From assembly GCA_964016885.1 (NCBI GenBank), contig OZ024741.1, positions 109,802,001-109,866,000 of the forward strand: a DNA stretch of 64,000 nucleotides, read 5' to 3'. The notes beneath the pieces are model-generated. The model was not told where the DNA came from. It was given only the letters and a program-made list of their open reading frames with translations, and did no database searches. The DNA is from Eledone cirrhosa. Lineage: Eukaryota. Of this stretch, positions 54,358-64,000 are shown piece by piece; position 1 is the first letter of the stretch; every line of letters starts with the position of its first letter. The position numbers were made by a program, and so were the translations under genes.

Positions 54358-54808
54358 ACGTCCGTACGAAGCCTAGAAGAAAAGTGTGTGTATATGTGAG
54401 TAAAAGAGTGTGTGTGCATGTAAGTACGAAGCTACGAGCAAAAGTATGTTAATATAAGGGTGTGTATGTGTGTATACAGAGCAGTGAAGGAAATAGTGGT
54501 GTGAACATATATAGTCGGCATGTATTAGTTGTGAGAGAAGTTGTTAATAATCAAGAGAAAGCGAAAGGAATCTAGGGGTGTGATAATGGACGGGGTATTA
54601 GAGAAATTGGGGGGGGTGAGTTGAGGCCAAGAGGGGAATAAGACCCAAGGCGGTGAATCAGACTTTGTTCAGTCCTTGTGCCCGAGGCCTATGGTCCATG
54701 AAGTAAAAGTACACCCAGGACTGAAACATGTAGGGAAGAATGACCAGGAGAACAGAAATGACGGGCGACAGGAGTGTCCAAACCGAGTCGTAGGTCCCTC
54801 AAATGTTC
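53922..54808 (-). mobile_element. 5'-truncated PLE (Neptune-like GIY-YIG C-terminus) with mini-HHR at 54010-54045
   Basis: EHLRDL..TPVARHF..H..EQSLIHRLG..PLGLN (one stop) at ~54600-54808; TCTT-CTGATGA-aGG..CC-GAAA-CG-TT-AAGA; TA-rich flanks. Confidence 0.85.
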
Positions 54809-55090
54809 ATATATATACACATATATATATATATATATATATATGATATACAATATATAATATATGCCATATATAATATATATATAATTGTTTCCACTTT
54901 TGGCTCAAGGCCAGCAATTACCCAGTGTATTACTGGTACTTTATTTTATCGACCCCGTGAGGATGAAAGGCAAAGTTAACCTCGGCGGGATTTGAACTCA
55001 GAATGGCAAGGGCCGTAACTCTATGCGTCAAAGCATGGCGTCCGACCCTCTACCGATACTGCCAACAATATAGACAGACACACATACACA

Positions 55091-55182
<92 letters not shown>

Positions 55183-55513
55183 GATAGATAGATATATAGA
55201 TATATATGATATATAAAAATATACATACATGCAAATAAATATGTGTGTATCCTGGATTCAATCAAGGGTAACCACAGTAAGTAAGGTACTCAATACATAG
55301 TAGAGTTTATAATGTTTAATATAGAAATGGCTTCTACGGGACTAGAACAGTTTGGAAATCCCCAGGAATGCTGGTGATTTTCTTAGAATGAAACAGTTCT
55401 AGTCCTGTAGAAGTCATTTCTATATTAAACATTGAGCATATATATATATTATATATATTATATATATTATATATATAATATATATATATTATATATTATA
55501 TATATGTATTATC

Positions 55514-55587
<74 letters not shown>

Positions 55588-55763
55588 AAATATCACCCCG
55601 ACGGCAGAGCTCAAGCGATTTCAACGGTTTGAGCTCTGCCGTCGGGTTCATATTTTTTCCTATTACCCACTCTACTACCCTAAGTATTGAGTACTCTGGT
55701 GCGTTATGGTCCATCTGGTTCCTTACCACATTTCCTTCGTTATATATATATATATTGAGAGAG

Positions 55764-56168
55764 AGAGATTACAATAATCAAAGTTCAGTTTAAGTCATTT
55801 ATTTGCTTACAATTGTTTCCTCCAAACCGAGGTTTGGATTCTTCGGAGCAACTATTTACTGATCTATAACATACTTGACCTCCTTTTCAACCCAAGAGAC
55901 ATATAAAACATATGCGCATATTGATCAACAGTGGGGTGACATTCATCAAATGATATAGCATGATATAGCCATGCTATATCATTTGATGAATGTCACCCCA
56001 CTGTTGATCAATATGCGCATATGTTTTATATGTCTCTTGGGTTGAAAAGGAGGTCAAGTATGTTATAGATCAGTAAATAGTTGCTCCGAAGAATCCAAAC
56101 CTCGGTTTGGAGGAAACAATTGTAAGCAAATAAATGACTTAAACTGAACTTTGATTATTGTAATCTCT
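55764..56168. mobile_element. Apparently perfect fold-back (~199-bp arms, 7-nt spacer) with mini-HHRs at 55803-55851 (minus) and 56081-56129 (plus)
   Basis: TTGCT-CCGAAGA-aTCCAAAC.GTTTGGAg-GAAA-CAATTG-TA-AGCAA. Confidence 0.85.
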
Positions 56169-56171
56169 ATA

Positions 56172-56332
56172 TAACTGCTCTGTAAAACAACTGATGTTAT
56201 TACATTGAGCTATTTATCTTACTGGTAATAGGATAGTAATTAATGACTATCTTTCACTATTTAAGGTTTGTATAAATAATATATTACCATTAAAGGTTTT
56301 ATTACATACATAACCATAAATAGTATCCTTAA

Positions 56333-56336
<4 letters not shown>
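56172..56336 (-). repeat. TA-embedded dispersed repeat, inverted copy of 27476-27635
   Basis: Direct sequence match over ~160 bp. Confidence 0.8.
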
Positions 56337-56420
<84 letters not shown>

Positions 56421-57004
56421 GTATATATGTATATATCGAAATCTTCAGTAGATAAAATCAAATGGTGGAAATTGTCCCAACAGCGACAACAAAAACACTA
56501 ACGACATTCTTCCAAATGATTTGTTCCTGCGATTCTTCCTGCTTTAAACTGGTAGGGATATAAACAGATAACTGGTAGACAGATGGAGAGATGAGATAGC
56601 CGGTGATAGATGGGTATAGATTTATGAGATATTCATACACTCTCAGACACACACACACTAGCGCGCGCGCATTTATATATATATATACAAATGGAAGTTC
56701 AGCATAATCGAAGTTCTGGCCGCAGCTAAGCTAACGAATGCAATCGGAATGTGCAGTTAAGCACTCAATAACGTATTTAACCTTAGAGTAATAACATTAC
56801 GTTTAGACAGCTTTGAAAATTGAAGATTGCGACCGGTAAGCCAGTCGCAGGGACCAAAGCAACGAGAAAACTGACTCAGGATAATTTGACAAACCTGGAC
56901 CATCGCGTCGATATTAATCAATATCTCCGCTAGCTTTCTGTGAATCCGAAATCAACAAAATCCACTTGCGGGGCATGCAAGTTATTGGTTTTGGAAGATC
57001 GAAC

Positions 57005-57111
<107 letters not shown>

Positions 57112-58235
57112 CGTGTGTGTGTGTGTCTTTTCAAAGTAAGATGTAGCAGCATTCTCGAATAACTGTTTCCACCTATTCAAGACCCTTTTAAAGGACAAAA
57201 CTGCAGAAGCTGTGATATTTCGTTGTCCCAGATGGAGATGCAGATGGTACTCTGCTTGCTAAAACCCAACACCCACCGTCTAAATGTGAATTCAAAAAGA
57301 ACATGTCCTGACTTTCTCTCATGCATAAAAATAATATGACATCAGGTTTTATATTGACAAACGCTGGTGCAACACGAAGACCCCTTTTTAATATCTGAAG
57401 CAATTAAGCAATTATGCAAATAACATACAAAAACTACAAAATAAAGTACATGTCGTGTACTAGGCTCGACTAAATCATCAGTATCTTACACTTGTAAAGC
57501 CTTTTGGTAATATTACCCCTACCTATTTGAGAATTTTGTTTTCAATTTCTTAATTGTTATTTGTTTTCCTTCTTTACACGTTTGTTTTTCTGGAAATCCC
57601 CACTTTCCATGTTTATTGTATTGTCTTCAATGTTTGCACCTATAGTAACCAATGGAGACATTAGGTACGATAAAATAAAGTACCAGTAATACAATGGGAT
57701 AATTGCTGGCCTTGTGCCAAAAGTAGAAACAATTATTATTATTATTATCTTTCATCTTTGAAAGACAATAATAAGGTGGTGGATTGGCAGTATCGCTAGA
57801 GCGTCAGACACCATGTTTTGCAGCATAGAGTTCTGAGTTCAAATCCCACTGATGTTAACTTTGCCTTCCATCATTACGGGATAGACAAAATAAAGTACCA
57901 GTATTGCACTGGAGTAATAGCTGGACTTGTGCCAAAAGTAGAAACAATTATTATCTTTCATCCTTACGGTGTCGATAAAATAAAGTACCGGTAATGCACT
58001 GGTCGATTTAATCAACTTTTCCCTCCACTTCAAATTACTGGCCTTATGCCTAAAGTAGAAATAATTATTGTCATTAACTTTAGTTATTGTTGTGGACGGA
58101 CGGTCTTTTTTGCTCGCTCGCGAAAGTTTGTGTATTTACGTGTTTTAAGTAGTCTATTGAGCCCAAATATTCGGATTTAGTTGGGGTTTTTTAAGGAAAA
58201 TTTAGTACTCTATTCTGATAGAGTACCTAACTCAA

Positions 58236-58454
58236 CCCTTTAATGTTCAAACCGGCCAAAACCGGCCAGAATTCTATACCTCTTTCTGTTGAAACTGGCT
58301 GTATCTGGTCGCTCACACTGATGTTAAGGTATTGTTCTCAAAATAAAAACTTTCAAAATCTCATAGATTCGATATTATATGAGATCTTATGTGAGGTAAA
58401 GCCTTTACCATGACAATATAATAGTATACATAGAGTAATGTGAATGCTAAAGGG
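58236..58454. mobile_element. piggyBac-like MITE
   Basis: (TCAA)CCCTTTAATGTTC...GAATGCTAAAGGG(TTAA). Confidence 0.6.
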
Positions 58455-59290
58455 TTAAGAGTTTTATTGATAGATGTTGTACTTCACGTTCCTTTGAGCA
58501 CCTTTTTCAATATTGACGTAGTATAGATTCAAATGTAAACAGTTATCGTTGACGTAAGATTGTATATGAAATGACTCGAAGAGGTAAAAATATTTCTTGT
58601 AATTTTTATAAATTCTGATGAATCCAATCATTTGTACATATAGTTAATTAACTAATAATTAAATATATGTTTAGCAGAAAAATAATATTATGCCTACATG
58701 GCATAGTATTAATAAGAAAGAATATATGTTATTGTTGTTGTTTGTTATAGTGAGAAATGTAAGGTTTGTTAAGTGAGAGAGACGCAAAGTTAGCCATAAA
58801 GTGAATGTTTGTTGAAGTAGTTGTAGTTCATTGTAGGCTTTGTAGAAAATAATATGAGACTTTATAATATTTTACAAGCTTTATTTACAACCGACCACAA
58901 ATGTTAAGCTGGGTTGACAAGTCAAAGAAGAGAACAAACAAAATTAAAAGTTTTAAGGAGTAAAGAAAAAGCGCTGTGCTGGGCCAAAGGAGGCCGACAG
59001 GCCAAAGTGAAAATATCACCATTACATAATTGGGTGTTGACCTTTCAGAGTCTAAAGCAGCAAGAGGGAGATTTATGAATCGCCGCGGGAATTTTTCCCG
59101 TCTGGTTCGGAAGTCGAGATACATTCTCCTACGCTGATGGCGATTGGCTGAACTGAACCAAACAACGCACGGAGAATGTATCCATGAGCCCTCGGAATGT
59201 AGGTCACTACATATGTTTTATGGTGTGGAAGAAACGTGCGTTAATTAAAATATAAGATAATTAACAGTCTTTAGTCTTCTTTTCAATGCA

Positions 59291-59516
<226 letters not shown>

Positions 59517-60417
59517 TGGATCTAGGATATCGAAACTAGAAATAGGTAGTGGTATAACCACTATCTATTAGTCAATATATCGATTTATCATGGTCAAACA
59601 ACCATCTGAAACGATTGTAAAATAATGAACTAATTAATAACCTATCTTCGCCTTTTGTGTTATTTTCGTTATTCAATACACACACACTCACACATACATA
59701 ATACATGCATAGATACATACATATATGTATATACATATATATATGTATATAAATAAATATTTACATATACATATATACATATACGTATATATATATATAT
59801 ATTCCTTGAGTGCTTAAATTATTTGTGACTAATCCCGGTTTTTTTTATAAAAGCTGTGATAATATTGCTGTTTGCTGAACTCCTTTTGTAGAGTTTTTTT
59901 TCGTAATGTATTTGACTGTTATTTCTTGTAAACAAACATTCATTTTCATCCTGACGTCACTAGCCCCGTTTTTCCTCATGTGCGTTTTTCATAATCACGC
60001 ATGATGGTGAACTAGCCAGTTTTAGAATTCCCTTTTTGGCTTATAATTCTGTGGAAGCCCTGGTTATCTGTTGAGCTCTGCTGACGATTGAAATCCAACC
60101 GTGACCATCTCCACTGAAAGTTTTCATGAAATAGTCTTTAAGACTATACAGAGCATTTGATGTTTTTTCCAAATTGAAGGATGAGTATTTTAAACTTTAT
60201 TTTATCATGAGTTAAGGGTCTATTGATTTTTCCCTGGATTTCACTAAATTCTGTGGATGAATTTGTATCCTGATTCTCTTTTGAGATGAGTTTGAATTAT
60301 TTTTCCTACATCTTAAGTTAACTATTTCTCCCATCTTGACGATATAGTCGCATATATATTATAGAATACTGTTAGCTTCTCGCTAAAACAATTTCTATAC
60401 CTTTCATTTATACTTTC

Positions 60418-60469
<52 letters not shown>

Positions 60470-60719
60470 GGATATATATACGTATATATATATGCTACAT
60501 ACACACACACACACACACATAATGTTTAATAGAGAAATGGCTTCTACAGGACTAGAACTGTTTCATCATTCGAAGGAAACCATCGGCTTTCCTGAGGATT
60601 TCCTTCGAATCAAACAGTTCTAGTACTGTAGAAGGCATTTCTATATTAAACATTATATACTCTGCTATGTATTGAGTACCTTACTTACTGTGGTTACCCC
60701 CGATTGAATCCGGGTTACA

Positions 60720-60767
<48 letters not shown>

Positions 60768-60780
60768 AATATATATATAT

Positions 60781-61083
<303 letters not shown>

Positions 61084-61242
61084 ACGTTTGTGTGAGGGGG
61101 TATAGTGAAATCATTGAGGTCTCATACCATTCCGCCATACTTGCAGGCTTACTGGCTTTCAACGTCTGTACAGTACTCCTCTAATCTGGAGCCTTCCTTG
61201 TCTCCGTCTCCGAACAGTGACTACATCGTGCGTAAAAATATG

Positions 61243-61342
61243 CAGGGTGTCCCCCAAAAATGTATACACACTTTTATTACCTGTATAGGCAATATTTATT
61301 AAAAAGCTGTTGATGTGTGTATACATTTTTTGGGCTACCCTG
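61243..61342. mobile_element. Tc1/mariner-type MITE
   Basis: CAGGGTGTCCCCCAAAAATGTATACACA TIR and its reverse complement followed by TA. Confidence 0.7.
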
Positions 61343-61343
61343 T

Positions 61344-61382
<39 letters not shown>

Positions 61383-61666
61383 AAAAGGTATGACCCCGAC
61401 GGCAGAGCTCAAGCCATTTCGACGGCTATTTCTGGACTGAAATAGTCCAGAAATAGCCGTCGAAACAGCTTGAGCTCTGCCGTCGGGGTCATACCTTTTC
61501 CTATTACCCACTCTACTACCCTAAGTATTGAGTATTCTGGTGCGTTATGGTCCATCTGGGTCCTTACCACAATTCCTTCTTATATATATATTGTCTGTGT
61601 GTAAATGTGTGAGTGAATATTTATAATGTGTGAGTGAATATTTATAAACACATATAAAGATATATA

Positions 61667-61720
<54 letters not shown>

Positions 61721-62586
61721 CTATCTCTGTTTATCTCTCTGTGTGTGTAGATAGCAGCTGCTCCTATCCAGTCTATAGAATGTCCCCTAATTTAAAGACG
61801 CCTTTCCCCTTCCTCTCCCCTGATTATATAACACTGTTAAGGGGCTGGCTATTACCTCCTTCACCGCGTCCTTTTTTCACTCTTTTATCTCCTCCTCCTC
61901 CCCCTTTTCTGCCCTTTCCCTTCTTACCTCATTGCACCTTTCTCTCTATCTCCCACTCTCTCTCTCTCTCTCTCCCTATCTCTCTCTCTACTGGACTGTC
62001 CTCTCTTTCTCTCTATCTACATCACCCCCCCCCCCTCCCACTCGCTTTCTCTTCCATTTTATTCAATCTTTCACTCTTTCTACTCTTCTGTCTTATATCT
62101 CTCTGTTCCTCTTTCTTTATTTCTATCCCTCTCTCATTTTCCTTCTCTTTCTCCCCCTCCCCTCTCTTATTGTTATGCTACTCAACGCCTTTTACACCCC
62201 ACACAGAAGTCTACAACCACCATCACCGCCTTAACCAGCCTCAACGTCACTACGTCCACTGCCATCACCACCACAGCCACAGCCACCACCAGAGGCACCA
62301 CCATCACCGCCATCACCGTTACCAACATCACCATCACCAACAGACAATGTGGTCTATTGTTACAATATCGCTGTTCATTTTGGTCTTCGCTGTTGGTCAC
62401 CTCGTTCACTTGATGTCTGTAATTGTTATTGATTGTACACACATAAACACACACACAGGCAGACACACACACATGTATATATGAATGTATGTGTGTATAT
62501 ATATATATATTATTATTATTATTATTATATAATATATATATATGTGTGTGTGTGTGTGTGTCTATGTCGGTGTGTGTCTGTGTGTG

Positions 62587-62617
<31 letters not shown>

Positions 62618-62906
62618 TCTATATATATAAAAGCGAGGATATGTGTGTGTCTGTGGACAACTTTGGACAGCTAAGGCTTTTAAAATTCCCAACCGAATTT
62701 GACCAAATTTTCTGTGCACGTTGCACCTGTCGCTAAGGTGGTCACATCACAAGCATATTTCAAATCGACCCACATTGAGCAATAAAAAAACGATAGCAAA
62801 ATTATCTTCTATATATATAAAAGCGAGGATGCGTGTGTGTCTGTGGATAACTTTGTATATTCTTAGCATAATTTCAAACCCCGGGCAACGCCGGGTAAAT
62901 CTGCTA

Positions 62907-62907
<1 letters not shown>
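62618..62907 (+). mobile_element. Short Helitron with duplicated 5' end
   Basis: TCTATATATATAAAAGCGAGGAT at 62618 and 62808; CCCGGGCAACGCCGGG hairpin then CTAG|T. Confidence 0.85.
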
Positions 62908-62947
<40 letters not shown>

Positions 62948-63175
62948 AACGAGTAGGACCCCGACGGCTGAGCTCAAGCCGTTTCGAGGGGCTAATTCTG
63001 GACTAGTTCTGGCTAATTCTGGACTAATTCTGGCTAATTAGTCCAGAATTAGCCGTCGAAACGGCTTGAGCTCAGCCGTCGGGTCCTACTCGTTCCTATT
63101 ACCCACTCTACTACCCTAAGTATTGAGTACTTTGGTGCGTTATGGTCCATCTGGTTCCGTACCACATTTCCTTCG

Positions 63176-63230
<55 letters not shown>

Positions 63231-63649
63231 CACACAGAGAACTACACTCAAATAGATATATATCACAATATTACATATACACGTACATAGCAGTGTCAAT
63301 ACTGAATGGTTAAAAGGTTGGCTATGCAATCATTATGTCCAGGTTTAGGCCCCAAAGCGTAGACGCTTGAGGATGTGTCATATGTATTAGCTACGGGTCA
63401 AGCCATGCCTTATGATTGAAATTGGATTAACCAGAGCAGTTTGGAAGACCGTCAGATGGACTGGACCTATAATTCAAAGAGCCCACCTTGTCACACACTA
63501 TGTCATGCTGATTCATCCTGAGAATTATGTTTGAGGTACACGCGTCTGTGGAATCCAGAAACAAATTTCATGAGCAGACTGTAACGTTAATCGAACAACT
63601 GAAACACTCATCGTCGAATCCGAGGGTATTCCATCGATCGATCACTCTG

Positions 63650-63790
63650 AAGGATCAGCGTTTTGAAGCAATTCTTGACCAGCTTTGAAGTGCCCATACC
63701 ATTCAAAAACCTTTGTTCGACCAACAGTCGGACGAATCATTTCCAGGGTCTCAGTAACTCATTTACCGAGGTTAGTGTAAAGTTTGATGT
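63650..63790 (-). pseudogene. mariner transposase N-terminal HTH remnant
   Basis: IKLYTNLGK*VTETLEMI..GRTKVFEWYGHFKAG. Confidence 0.65.
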
Positions 63791-64000
63791 ACTTTGAAGA
63801 ATATGTCATCATAAATATCGCACACTCCACACTCCACACACTAGATGTATCACACACTACATACATCTACACTCTACATACAACACACCACGCACACACA
63901 CATTGAACACTGTCTCTCTCAGTTGCCTACGCATAAGAAATAATGTATTATGGGAACTGACAAACACATAGCGGCAATTCAAAAACAAAAACAAAAATAA

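Noticed and set aside
57188-57403. Possible host exon on the minus strand
   Set aside because: An acceptor-like site is present but there is no recognisable protein or partner exon

Overview
AT-rich, microsatellite-saturated, gene-poor animal DNA. The repeat content suggests octopus or another cephalopod (inference). No host protein-coding exon could be supported; nearly all listed ORFs are artefacts of (TA)n/(CA)n/(GA)n. The window holds transposon debris: LINEs, a Gypsy-like pol, Helitrons, hAT/mariner/piggyBac pieces, many tRNA-SINEs and two Penelope-like elements (PLEs) with GIY-YIG remnants. It also holds a dense population of non-coding hammerhead-ribozyme (HHR) elements sitting in (TA)n tracts as tandem or fold-back structures, including a ~10-copy 310-bp retrozyme-like array. 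The main result is a motif in ~10 copies from about four divergent lineages that folds as an HHR with non-circularly permuted strand order (A-C-B). It is supported by covariation in stems I, II and III and carries a predicted kink-turn. All folds were paired by hand; none is tested.
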